Shown: positions 52,029-61,366, counted from the stretch's first letter. The stretch is 64,000 nt of DNA from Acidimicrobiales bacterium (GCA_035942035.1 DASZDK010000023.1:743-64742); one strand, 5' to 3'. Translations and numbers: made by a program. The notes: generated from the letters alone by a model not told the origin.

Positions 52029-53321
52029 ATGACGGCGAGGGACGGTTCGTCCGACCAGTGGCACCTCTTGGGTAAGGGACCTCTCGTGACCGAGTCGGCC
52101 GATGTCGTAGTCGTCGGTGGCGGCATCGCCGGCTCCGCGCTGGCCACCGCGTTGGCCAGAGGGGGCCTGGAGGTGCGGTTGCTGGAGCGCCAGACCGCCT
52201 ACCGCGACAAGGTGAAGGGCGAGGTCTTCCTGCCCTGGGGTGCCGCTGAGGTCAAGCGCTTGGGCCTGGAAGTGACGCTGTTGATCGCCGGTGGTGGCTA
52301 CACCACTCGCCTGGCGCGCTACGACGATTGGCTCAGCCCCGGGGAGGCCGAGTGCCAGGCGGTCCGCTTGGACCAGATGGTCGCCGGAGTCCCCGGCGCC
52401 CTCAACGTCGGCCATCCCGATGCGTGCCAAGCGCTGACCGAGGCCGCGCACGCAGCGGGAGCCACCGTGGTGCGGGGCGTGGGCGACGTGAGCGTCGCCG
52501 GCGGCAGTCCGGCCACGGTGACCTACGAGGCCGACGGCGTCGGGCACCAGCTGCGGTGCCGGCTCATCGTGGGGGCCGACGGCAGACACTCGGCCGTCCG
52601 GCGCCAGCTCGGCATCGCCCTCCACCAGACCGAGCCCGCCACCGTCGGAGCCGGGATGCTGGTCGACGAGCTCTGGGAGTGGCCCAGCGACCTGAACGCA
52701 ACCGGGACCGAGGGTGACCTGTACCTGCTGGCCTTCCCCCGCCCGGGTGGGCGGGTCCGGCTGTACCTGCTGTGGTCGGCCGCCCAGAAGCGGCGGTTCA
52801 CCGGGGCGGAGCGCCAAGCCGAGTTCCTCTCCGCGTGCCGCTTCCGGTCGCTGCCCTACGGGGACGCCATCGCCGCCGGCCGGCCGGCCGGACCGTGCTC
52901 CAGCTACCCGATGAACGACTCCTGGTGCGACCGCATCGCCGTCGAGGGTGCTGTGCTCGTCGGCGATGCCGCCGGCTGGAACGACCCGATCATCGGTCAG
53001 GGCCTGTCCATTGCCATGCGGGACGCCCGCATGGTGGCCGACATCCTGCTCGGCGAGAGCGCCTGGCCGCTGTCGGCTTTCGACGAGTACGCGGTGGAGC
53101 GGGCCGAGCGCATGCGTCGGTTGCGCATCGACGCCCAGCTGACCACGGCCCTGCAGTGCGGGTCCGGCCCCGAGGGCACCGCGTTTCGTCGACGCTGGGC
53201 AGAGCAGGCCGGAGGGAACAAGCTTCTGGTCGCTCCCTTGCTGGCAGGGCTGGTGGGTCCCGAGCAGGTGCCTCCCCGCGCCTTCACGGACAGGAACGTG
53301 GAGCGCATCCTGAGCCTCTGA
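52029..53321 (+). CDS. FAD-dependent aromatic-ring monooxygenase family protein (UbiH/PHBH-like)
   Basis: ADVVVVGGGIAGSALATALA (GxGxxG), …GADGRHSAVR…, …GDAAGWNDPIIGQGLSIAMRDA…. Alternative GTG start at 52086. Confidence 0.85.
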   Translation: MTARDGSSDQWHLLGKGPLVTESADVVVVGGGIAGSALATALARGGLEVRLLERQTAYRDKVKGEVFLPWGAAEVKRLGLEVTLLIAGGGYTTRLARYDDWLSPGEAECQAVRLDQMVAGVPGALNVGHPDACQALTEAAHAAGATVVRGVGDVSVAGGSPATVTYEADGVGHQLRCRLIVGADGRHSAVRRQLGIALHQTEPATVGAGMLVDELWEWPSDLNATGTEGDLYLLAFPRPGGRVRLYLLWSAAQKRRFTGAERQAEFLSACRFRSLPYGDAIAAGRPAGPCSSYPMNDSWCDRIAVEGAVLVGDAAGWNDPIIGQGLSIAMRDARMVADILLGESAWPLSAFDEYAVERAERMRRLRIDAQLTTALQCGSGPEGTAFRRRWAEQAGGNKLLVAPLLAGLVGPEQVPPRAFTDRNVERILSL

Positions 53322-53486
53322 CCTTCTCGCCACCAACGGCGGTGGAGCCCTCTGCCAGCCTGGCCGCGGCCGGCCGTCGGCGCTCGACTACGCTCGGTTC
53401 CTGGTCGATCGGACGCACCCGGTGCGGATGGTGCCGACACCTTCTCCGGTGCTGGTGTACCAGGGGGTCGGAAGAATGGCGGTGGC

Positions 53487-54707
53487 ATGATCCGCGCCTC
53501 CGTGCTCGAGCTCGCTCGCGACCTGGCGGCGGCGTGGGGTCGTCGCGTCGCCGAGCACGACCGCACTGCCATCTTCCCCGAGGCCGACATGGCTGACCTG
53601 AGAGCGAGCGGGCTCCTCGGCCTGCTCGTACCCGGTCGTCTCGGTGGACTGGGAGGGGGCTTCGAGGATTACGTGGGCGTAGCGAGGACCCTTGCCCGTG
53701 GCAATGGGGCCAGTGCCTTGCTGTTCAACATGCACGCCTCGGTCACCGGGGCCTTGGCATTGGTCCCCGACGAGGTGGCGACTGCCCTCGGTGCGCCACC
53801 GTCGTTCTTCGAGACCAGGGACCAGATCCTGGCCAGGGCAACGAACGGCGCCATGTACGGCGTCGCGATCAGCGAGCGGGCGGCTGGATCACGCCTGTCT
53901 GCACTGCAGACCACCTACACGCGAGACGGGAGCGGCTACCGGCTCGAAGGTCACAAGTCGACCTGTTCGGGCGCCGGTCATCTCGACGCCTACCTGGTCG
54001 CCGCCCGGGACTCGAGCGCCACCGATGATGGGCCACCTGTGATCTCGTACTTCCTGGTTCCGGGCGAGGCCATCGGCCCGATCGACCAGGAATGGGACCC
54101 GCTGGGGATGCGGGCGACGGCGAGCAATGGCTTCGAGCTCGACACTTGGGTCCCCGACGATTCCCTCGTCGGGGTCGAGGGGATAGCCCTCCTCCTCGCC
54201 GAGGTCATGCCCGAGTGGCTCGTCGGGTCCTACGCGGCCGTCTACGTCGGCGTCGCCGAGGCCACGCTCGGCGCCGCGGTCGTCCACGTGCGGGCAACGT
54301 CGGTGCGCGAGCCGACCACGGATGGCCGGCCCCGGCTCGTCGGCCTGGGGGCCTCGCCGTGGGTCAGGCAGCGGCTGGGGCGGGCGGACGCGCAGGTGCA
54401 GGCCGCCCGCCTGGCGCTCGAGGAGGCGGCCCGCCACGTGGACAGCAACCGTGGCCATCCTGACACCTCACGCTGGGTCTACCGAGCGAAGCTCCTCGCC
54501 GGCGACACTGCCTTCGACGTTGCCGCCAGCCTGACCGAGGCCTGTGGGCTCGGAGCCCTGATCCGGGGCAGTGACCTCGAGCGGCTCCTGCGTGATGCCC
54601 GCTGCGGGGCGGTCATGCCACCTTCCAGCGACATCGCCGCAAACGTGCTGGGGGCGTCGGCGCTGGGGATCGACCCCGGCGACGGGCTGGGTGCGCGCCC
54701 ATGGTGA
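53487..54707 (+). CDS. Acyl-CoA dehydrogenase family protein
   Basis: 406 aa with the three-domain ACAD layout: …DRTAIFPEADMADLRASGLLGLLVP…, …KSTCSGAGHLD…, …RLLRDARCGAVMPPSSD…. Confidence 0.8.
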   Translation: MIRASVLELARDLAAAWGRRVAEHDRTAIFPEADMADLRASGLLGLLVPGRLGGLGGGFEDYVGVARTLARGNGASALLFNMHASVTGALALVPDEVATALGAPPSFFETRDQILARATNGAMYGVAISERAAGSRLSALQTTYTRDGSGYRLEGHKSTCSGAGHLDAYLVAARDSSATDDGPPVISYFLVPGEAIGPIDQEWDPLGMRATASNGFELDTWVPDDSLVGVEGIALLLAEVMPEWLVGSYAAVYVGVAEATLGAAVVHVRATSVREPTTDGRPRLVGLGASPWVRQRLGRADAQVQAARLALEEAARHVDSNRGHPDTSRWVYRAKLLAGDTAFDVAASLTEACGLGALIRGSDLERLLRDARCGAVMPPSSDIAANVLGASALGIDPGDGLGARPW

Positions 54708-55741
54708 GCGCCGCGATCGCCGGGATCGGCACCGCCTTTCCGCCTCCGCTGGAGCAGCGGTCGGCGTGGGTGGACTTCTTCTCCTCCCACCACGCCGGGA
54801 GCAGGATCGCCCCGCGGATCTGGCGACATGCTGGAGTGGAGCGTCGCCACGCCGTCGCTGATCCCCGTGTCGAGGACATCAGCACCCTCGGCACCGCTGC
54901 CCGGATGAGACGCTTCGTCGACGAGGCGCTGCCGCTGGGCAAAGAGGCGCTTGGGGCGTGCCTGGCTGACGCCGGCCTCAGGCCCGGGGAGGTCGACGTC
55001 TTCGCCGTTGTGTCGTGCACGGGGTACGCGAGCCCAGGCGTGGACATCCTGGCAGCACGCGACCTTGCCATGCCCCCTTCGGTCGAGCGGCTGCACGTCG
55101 GCCACATGGGCTGCTACGGCGCGCTCCCCGCTCTCGCCGCCGTCGCTGACGCCGCGGTGGCGCGGGACAAGGTCGGGCTGCTCCTGTGCGTCGAGCTCAC
55201 GAGTTTGCACCTCCAACCAGCGACCGACGACGTGGACCAGATCGTCGCCCACGCACTCTTCTCTGATGCCGCCGCAGCCGTAGCCGTCCACCCGTCCGCC
55301 CCGGGTTTGGAGGTTGTCGACGTAGCTGCGTTCACTGACGCCACCGCCCTTGACCACATGGCCTGGCAGGTGACTGAGCTGGGCTTCCGGATGAACCTCT
55401 CCCCACAGGTGTCGTCGGTTCTGGGCGAGCACGTGGAGCGAGTGACGAGCGAGCTCCTCGATCGCCACGGCCTTCGGGTGTCCCATGTCGACCATTGGGC
55501 GATCCATCCCGGCGGTCCAGCGATCATCGCCGCCGTCGCCGACCGGCTGGAGCTCGGAGAAGAAGACGTCGCGCCCTCGCGCCAAGTGTTGCGGGATCAC
55601 GGCAACTGCTCATCGGCCACCGTGCTCATCGTGCTCCATCAACTCGTGCAACGTCGCCGCGCCTCTCCGGGACAGCACATCGTGATGATGGCGTTCGGCC
55701 CAGGGCTGACCCTGTACTTGGCCCTGCTCCGGGTGCAGTGA
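54701..55741 (+). CDS. Type III polyketide synthase (chalcone/stilbene synthase superfamily)
   Basis: 346 aa. Catalytic triad contexts are HMGCYGALPAL (Cys), WAIHPGGPAII (His), and DHGNCSSATVLIVL (Asn). The start overlaps the ACAD stop by 7 nt. Confidence 0.9.
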   Translation: MVSAAIAGIGTAFPPPLEQRSAWVDFFSSHHAGSRIAPRIWRHAGVERRHAVADPRVEDISTLGTAARMRRFVDEALPLGKEALGACLADAGLRPGEVDVFAVVSCTGYASPGVDILAARDLAMPPSVERLHVGHMGCYGALPALAAVADAAVARDKVGLLLCVELTSLHLQPATDDVDQIVAHALFSDAAAAVAVHPSAPGLEVVDVAAFTDATALDHMAWQVTELGFRMNLSPQVSSVLGEHVERVTSELLDRHGLRVSHVDHWAIHPGGPAIIAAVADRLELGEEDVAPSRQVLRDHGNCSSATVLIVLHQLVQRRRASPGQHIVMMAFGPGLTLYLALLRVQ

Positions 55742-55899
55742 TGCGCCGTTGGGAGCGAGGAGCACCCGAGGGGTCAGTGCAGGGGTAGCCGCTGGAGGAT
55801 GGCCAGCTGCGTCATGCTTGCGAACGTCGCTGCACTCCCGGACCGTCGGGATCAGGGAGAGGCTCCCGCCGCTCGGTCGCTACCGCCGCCACTCACGCA

Positions 55900-56355
55900 C
55901 TACGTCTGGTCCATCCGGTCGAAGATGAGTCCCGTTGCCTCAGCTTGGACGAGTTTGTCGACTACGTCCACGACGAGCTCGCGGGTCGACCAGCTCGACG
56001 GCTGGTAGAGCCCCAAGACGGTGTTGAGCAGGACGTCGCCGGTGTAGACGGTGGCGAACACGGCGGCGACCGCCTTCTGGCCGTGCAAACCGGCGCGTCC
56101 CGCAATGCCGAAGGCGCTACCCCACATGGCGCCGAGCGCAAAGTGCGTCGCCCAGTTGAGCCGTTGTCGCTCCTGGCCGTTCTTGGGCTGGATGGGAAGG
56201 ATCTTGGCGGCGAAGTTGGCTGGGGCGAAGCTCTCATCACGACCGGTGATGGGCATCTCGACGAGCTTCTGAAACGCCGTCATCACCACGGTACCGGCCA
56301 GACCGGCGAGAACACCCCTCCCGATGGTGGCTTGGGTTGAAGGCACCTCGGTCAT
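55900..56355 (-). CDS. Hypothetical membrane protein
   Basis: 151 aa with several hydrophobic segments (…VLAGLAGTVVMTAF…, …HFALGAMWGSAFGIA…). Convergent with the PKS gene. Confidence 0.55.
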   Translation of the reverse strand: MTEVPSTQATIGRGVLAGLAGTVVMTAFQKLVEMPITGRDESFAPANFAAKILPIQPKNGQERQRLNWATHFALGAMWGSAFGIAGRAGLHGQKAVAAVFATVYTGDVLLNTVLGLYQPSSWSTRELVVDVVDKLVQAEATGLIFDRMDQT

Positions 56356-56462
56356 CGCCCGGTACTACCCCATGCGACAGGTGGTCCAACCAGCGCCACC
56401 GCAAAGGTGGCCGGGTAGGGTCGGCGGCGGGGGTGCGTGGTCATCGACACGAGGGCGTGGGG

Positions 56463-57098
56463 ATGAAGCGATACGGGTTGGTGACGGGCGCACTCGTCCT
56501 CGCCCTCGTCACCGCCTTCGCCGCCGTGGAGGCTGCCGGCGTTCCCGTCTTGACCCAACCGGAGCCCGCCATGAGCCGTGGCGGTGTTGCGGCCGCCCTG
56601 GTCGGGGTTGGGCTGTTGGTCGGCGACGTGGTGCTGCCGGTCCCGTCCAGCCTCGTGATGCTTGCCCACGGGGCCGTCTTCGGCGTCGTCCTGGGCGCGC
56701 TCCTTTCGCTCGTCGGGACAGTCGGCGCCGCCCTGGTCGGGGTGTGGATCGGCCGGCGCGGCGAGCGCCTGCTCGAGGTCCCGCCTGCCGAGCGCCGGCG
56801 CGCCGAGGAGCTGCTCGATCGGTGGGGGGTGGTCGCCGTGGTGGCGACCCGGCCGGTGCCTGTCCTCGCCGAGGTCACCGCCATCATGGCGGGGGCGGCC
56901 GGCGCGTCGCCGCTCCGGGTGGCCGGGGCCGCAGCTGCGGGTGGGCTGCCGGCGGCGGTCATGTACGCCCTGGCTGGTTCGCTCGTGCTCGGCGCAGTGA
57001 GTGGCGCCGCCGTGTTCGTCGCCGTGCTCGCCCTCGCCGCGACGTCCTTCCTCATGTCAACTCATCGGGACGACGCTCCACGGCTCCGACGCATGTGA
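56463..57098 (+). CDS. DedA/TVP38 (VTT domain) family membrane protein
   Basis: 211 aa from the internal Met MKRYGLV…. …LPVPSSLVMLAHGAVFG…WIGRRGE…TRPVPVLAEV…. Confidence 0.75.
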   Translation: MKRYGLVTGALVLALVTAFAAVEAAGVPVLTQPEPAMSRGGVAAALVGVGLLVGDVVLPVPSSLVMLAHGAVFGVVLGALLSLVGTVGAALVGVWIGRRGERLLEVPPAERRRAEELLDRWGVVAVVATRPVPVLAEVTAIMAGAAGASPLRVAGAAAAGGLPAAVMYALAGSLVLGAVSGAAVFVAVLALAATSFLMSTHRDDAPRLRRM

Positions 57099-58360
57099 TG
57101 GGAGACATCCGTGTGGACGTGGTCGCCACCGGCTTCGACTTCCCGACGAGCGTCGTCCTCGACGACCAGGGCGTCGTCTACGTCGCCGAGTCGGGTCTGG
57201 CCTTCGCCGGGGCCAAGCCGGGGGGACGAGTGTGGCGGGTCGGCACCGCCGGCGACCGTGAGCTGATGATCGGGGGCCTGCGACCGCCGGTGAACGGCAT
57301 CGCTGCCCACGGTGGCCAGCTGTACCTGTCCGAGGGCGGCCACCCGCAGCGAATCAGCCGCCTCGATCAAAGCGGAACCCTGTCGACGGTTCTGGAGGGG
57401 CTCCCGGGGCCGGGCAACTACCAGCTCAACATGGTTGCCGTCGGCCCAGACGGGAAGCTCTACTTCAGCCAAGGGGCCATGACCAACACGGGGATCGTCG
57501 GCCTCGATGCCTACGAGCTCGGCTGGTTGCGTCGCTTGCCGCACGCCCACGACGTGCCTGGCTACGACGTCGTGCTCGGCGAAAGCAACGTCGAGACGCC
57601 CGATCCGCTGGCCGGGAGCACCGATGCTCGCACGACCACGGGCGCGTTCTCTCCCTTCGGTGAACCCGCCCCCGCCGGTCGCCGACTGGTGGGCCAGGTA
57701 CCCGCCACGGCGGCGGTCATGCGCTGCCACCCCGACGGAAGCGATCTCGAGCTGGTGGCGTGGGGCCTCCGCAACGCCTATGGCCTGCGCTTCCTGCCCG
57801 ACGGTCGGCTCCTGGTCACCGACCAGGGGCCCGACGATCGGGGCAGCCGCCCGGTGGGCAACGCCCCGGACCTGCTGTTCGAGGTACGTCCTGGCGCCTG
57901 GTACGGCTGGCCCGACTTCATCGGCGGCGACCCGGTGACGGACCCGGCGTACACGCCGACGAGGGGAGCCCCGCCCCGGTTTGTGCTCGCCAACCATGCC
58001 GAGCTCCCGCCGCCCGAGCGCCCCGTCACCCGCTTTCCACCCCACACCGCCGCCGTAAAGCTCGACGTTGCCCCCGAGGCCACGCCGTGGCCGGGCCATC
58101 TGGTAGTCGCGCTGTTCGGGGATGAAGCGCCCATGACGGCGCCGTCGGGTCCTCGGGTGGGACGGAGCCTGGTGCGGGTCGACCCATCGGGCTGGAGCAT
58201 CCATCCCCTGCTGCGCGGGCCACTCCGGCGCCCGATCGACGTCTGCTTCGACCCTGCCGGGTCTCTCTACGTGGTCGACTTTGGCAAGTTCGAGATGAGC
58301 GAGGGCGGCGTGGAGGCGCAACCGGGCACCGGTGCGCTGCTACGAGTTGAGGTGGGGTAA
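57098..58360 (+). CDS. Beta-propeller protein of the soluble glucose/sorbosone dehydrogenase-like family (copy 1)
   Basis: 420 aa. The ATG shares a base with the DedA-like stop (TGATG). …FPTSVVLDDQGVVYVAE…GPDGKLYFSQGAMTN…VAWGLRNAYGLRFLPDGRLLVTDQGPDD…GAWYGWPDF…. Confidence 0.75.
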   Translation: MGDIRVDVVATGFDFPTSVVLDDQGVVYVAESGLAFAGAKPGGRVWRVGTAGDRELMIGGLRPPVNGIAAHGGQLYLSEGGHPQRISRLDQSGTLSTVLEGLPGPGNYQLNMVAVGPDGKLYFSQGAMTNTGIVGLDAYELGWLRRLPHAHDVPGYDVVLGESNVETPDPLAGSTDARTTTGAFSPFGEPAPAGRRLVGQVPATAAVMRCHPDGSDLELVAWGLRNAYGLRFLPDGRLLVTDQGPDDRGSRPVGNAPDLLFEVRPGAWYGWPDFIGGDPVTDPAYTPTRGAPPRFVLANHAELPPPERPVTRFPPHTAAVKLDVAPEATPWPGHLVVALFGDEAPMTAPSGPRVGRSLVRVDPSGWSIHPLLRGPLRRPIDVCFDPAGSLYVVDFGKFEMSEGGVEAQPGTGALLRVEVG

Positions 58361-58363
58361 GGC

Positions 58364-58774
58364 GTGGACATGACAAACGGCTCGAGGTCGACGTCAGGGG
58401 AGGAGCCAGTCGGCGAGCTGTTCGCGCAGCTCGGCCACCAGGTGGGTGAGCTCGTCGGCAAGGAGATGCAGCTGGCGCGGTCGGAGCTGCGCGAGGAGCT
58501 GCGCAAGGGCGTCAAGGCGACAGCCTCACTGAGCGCGGCAGCGATCGTGGGGCTGGTGGCCGTGGTGTTCCTGTCCTCAGCGGCAGCGTGGGGCCTGGCC
58601 GAGGTGATGGCTCCGGGCTTGGCGTTCCTCATCGTCGGGGCGGTGCAGGTCGCTGTAGCAGCAGTGCTGTTCCTCACCGGTCGTCGCCAGGCCGCCGAGG
58701 TGGACCCGGTCCCGCACCAGACCGTGGAGACCCTGAAGGAGGATGCCCGGTGGGCAAAGAGCCAGAAGAGCTGA
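58364..58774 (+). CDS. Actinobacterial holin-X-like (phage_holin_3_6 family) membrane protein
   Basis: 136 aa: …GELVGKEMQLARSELREELRKG… followed by two TM helices and …VETLKEDARWAK…, the typical layout of this family. Starts 3 nt after the upstream stop. Confidence 0.7.
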   Translation: MDMTNGSRSTSGEEPVGELFAQLGHQVGELVGKEMQLARSELREELRKGVKATASLSAAAIVGLVAVVFLSSAAAWGLAEVMAPGLAFLIVGAVQVAVAAVLFLTGRRQAAEVDPVPHQTVETLKEDARWAKSQKS

Positions 58775-60546
58775 GGCAGGAAATCGCCGAGATTCGCACC
58801 GATATGGCACAGACCGTCGAGCAGCTCTCCGCACGAGTGAGCCCTCGACAGCAGTTGACAGCGAAGGTGGACAAGGGCAAGGCGCTGGTGCACCGGGTCC
58901 GCCACGCCCCCATGATCGACTCGGTGCTCGGTGCGATGTACGCACCACTGTTCCCGCTGGTGGACAAGGTGCACCTCAACCGGCACAAGCGGCGGACCTA
59001 CGACCCGAGCCACGTGCTCGTGCCCGACGGCTACACCGTCGAGGTGGTGGCCAGCGGGTTGGACGAGCCAGTCCACTGCTGCTTCGACGACGACGGCTTC
59101 GCCTACGTCACCGAGTGCGGCCACAAGATCGACTCCAAGCCCCGGGTGCTCAAGGTCGACACCGCGACCGGCACCGTCGAGACGTTCTTCGAGCTGCCCT
59201 TTGGACGGTGGCGCAAGACCGGGGCGGTCACCGGGACCTGCTGGCACGAGGGCTCCTTCTACCTCATGAACACCGACACGCTCTCCCGGATCGGGCCGGG
59301 AGGTGAGCTCGATGACATCGTCATCGACCTCCCGGGCCGGGGCGACCACCAGAGCAACTACCCCGTTGCCGGACCGGACGGCAAGATCTACTTCGGGCAG
59401 GGGTCGGCCACCAACACCGCGGTCGTGGGCCCTGACAACTTCGCCTACGAGTGGCTGCGCTACTTCCACGACTTCCACGACCGCCCCGGAGCCGACGTGG
59501 TGCTGAGCGGCGAGAACTACGAGTCCCCGAACGTGCTCGGCAACATCACCGAGACCGTCCGCACCGGCGCCTACGTGCCGTTCGGGACTGAGACGACACC
59601 AGGCCAGGTCGTCAGAGGCGACGTGAAGTGCAACGGGGCGGTGCTGCGCTGCAACCCCGACGGCAGCGGCCTCGAGCTGGTGGCTTGGGGGCTGCGCAAC
59701 CCCTACGGGATCGCCTTTGCCTCCGACGGTCGGCTGTTCGCCACCGAGCACGGAATCGACGAGCGCAACGCCCGCCACATCATCGGGGACCACGAGGACT
59801 TCTACGAGATCGTCGAGGGCGCGTGGTACGGGTGGCCAGACTTCGCCTCGGGAATTCGCCTCGACGATCCTTACTGGGGTGACGGCGGGCGGGGACGCGA
59901 GCCGGTACTGGCCGAACACCCGGACGCCAACCCCCCGAAGCCATTCACCACGTTCCCTCAGCACAGCGGCCCCAACGGGGTGGACTTCTGCCGCGATCCA
60001 GCGTTCGGCTTCCATGGTGACGCCTTCGTCGCCCTCTTCGGCGACGTCACACCAGTAACCGCTCGACTCACCACCCCGTCCGGGTTCAAGATCGTCCGCG
60101 TCGACATGGAGACCAGCGAGGTAGCCGACTTCGCGGTGAACAAGATCCAGGGGCCCGCGTCCAAGCTTCCGCACCGAGGCCTCGAGCGCCCTTCCCACTG
60201 TCAGTTCGGGCCCGACGGCGCCCTCTACGTCGTCGACTTCGGGCAGATCTCCATCGCTCCCGAGAAGGGCGGCATTCGCGTCCAGCAGGGCACGGGGACA
60301 CTCTGGCGAATCCGTCGCAACGAAGACCCGGCGGGGTGGCTCCCGGCGGAACCGGTCGTCGTCCCCTCCTACGCCGCCAAGGCGGTTGCTGGAGTACTCG
60401 CCGGGGTCGTCTCCTTGATGGCCCTTCGGCGTCGCCGCAAGAGCAAGGTCCGAGCTCAACAGCAAGGACTTATGGCTCCGACTCCCCGTACGGGAGCGAC
60501 TACGCCGACGGCTCCCGCACGCGTACCTCGACGGTTCCGTCGATGA
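58750..60546 (+). CDS. DUF3618-like N-terminus fused to glucose/sorbosone dehydrogenase-like beta-propeller (copy 2) with C-terminal TM anchor
   Basis: GTG 58750 gives VGKEPEELRQEIAEIRTDMAQTVEQLSARVSPRQ… (DUF3618 pattern), in one open frame with …GPDGKIYFGQGSATN…VAWGLRNPYGIAFASDGRLFATEHG…GAWYGWPDF… and …AKAVAGVLAGVVSLMALRRRRK. A later internal Met start cannot be excluded. Confidence 0.65.
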   Translation: MGKEPEELRQEIAEIRTDMAQTVEQLSARVSPRQQLTAKVDKGKALVHRVRHAPMIDSVLGAMYAPLFPLVDKVHLNRHKRRTYDPSHVLVPDGYTVEVVASGLDEPVHCCFDDDGFAYVTECGHKIDSKPRVLKVDTATGTVETFFELPFGRWRKTGAVTGTCWHEGSFYLMNTDTLSRIGPGGELDDIVIDLPGRGDHQSNYPVAGPDGKIYFGQGSATNTAVVGPDNFAYEWLRYFHDFHDRPGADVVLSGENYESPNVLGNITETVRTGAYVPFGTETTPGQVVRGDVKCNGAVLRCNPDGSGLELVAWGLRNPYGIAFASDGRLFATEHGIDERNARHIIGDHEDFYEIVEGAWYGWPDFASGIRLDDPYWGDGGRGREPVLAEHPDANPPKPFTTFPQHSGPNGVDFCRDPAFGFHGDAFVALFGDVTPVTARLTTPSGFKIVRVDMETSEVADFAVNKIQGPASKLPHRGLERPSHCQFGPDGALYVVDFGQISIAPEKGGIRVQQGTGTLWRIRRNEDPAGWLPAEPVVVPSYAAKAVAGVLAGVVSLMALRRRRKSKVRAQQQGLMAPTPRTGATTPTAPARVPRRFRR

Positions 60547-61366
60547 CTCTGGTCTCATAGGCGGGCTGCCGTGCCGACGCAGGGCCCCGCACGACCTCGC
60601 CGTCCTCCATTCGAAAGGCGCTGCGGTGCCAAGGGCAAACGACCACGGCGCCGTCCTCCAGCTCGCCTTGGTGGAGGGGACCGCCGCGATGGGTGCAGGT
60701 GTCGGCCACCGCCAGGATGCGCCCGTCCCGCCGCAGCAACAAGAGGGGGACGTTCCCGACCTCGGCCAACGTCAGCTGCCCCTCGGGCAGCTCGGCTTCG
60801 ACCACCACCGGCGTCCAGTCGCTGGGCTCCTCGTCGAACGCCGTGCGGTCGACCCCCACGCCCATTCCGTAGGCGAGGTGGCCACCGAGAAAGCCACCGC
60901 CGGTGACGGCCGCTGCGCCGCCGAGGCCCAAAGCCACGCCAGCGGAGTGCCGCCCTCGTCGCCGGGCCAGCCAGGAGGCGGCGTAGAGGCCCAAGGCCAC
61001 CGTGTTGAAGGCGGCGTGGACGGTGGCCACGCGGCGCTGGACACCGAAGGTGTCGGAGAAGTCGGTGAGCCCCGCCGCCGCTGTGGGCACCGCCCCCACC
61101 ACTCCGACCCCCACCATCATCTCCGCTGCTCGACGGCTCTGCTCGCCTCCGAACAGGTCGAGGACCAAGGCGCTCGCCCACGCGCCGATGGGAACGTCGG
61201 TCAGCAACGGGTGGAGAGGGTGGCCCAGCCAGGTGCCGCTGAGGAGATCCTTCGCTGGCCCCTCCTTGATGAGGCGGCCCACCTGCCCCGCCAGCCATGT
61301 TCCCGGCCGGTCGAAGATCACGAGCTCCTCGGCTCGCTGCGATATCACCTGCAATCTGATGGGCAT
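60500..61366 (-). CDS. DUF2231 membrane domain fused to Rieske [2Fe-2S] domain
   Basis: …WLGHPLHPLLTDVPIGAW… in the TM domain. Rieske ligands are CTHRGGPL…CPWHRSAF. Its 3' end overlaps the convergent gene by 47 nt. Confidence 0.85.
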   Translation of the reverse strand: MPIRLQVISQRAEELVIFDRPGTWLAGQVGRLIKEGPAKDLLSGTWLGHPLHPLLTDVPIGAWASALVLDLFGGEQSRRAAEMMVGVGVVGAVPTAAAGLTDFSDTFGVQRRVATVHAAFNTVALGLYAASWLARRRGRHSAGVALGLGGAAAVTGGGFLGGHLAYGMGVGVDRTAFDEEPSDWTPVVVEAELPEGQLTLAEVGNVPLLLLRRDGRILAVADTCTHRGGPLHQGELEDGAVVVCPWHRSAFRMEDGEVVRGPASARQPAYETRVIDGTVEVRVREPSA

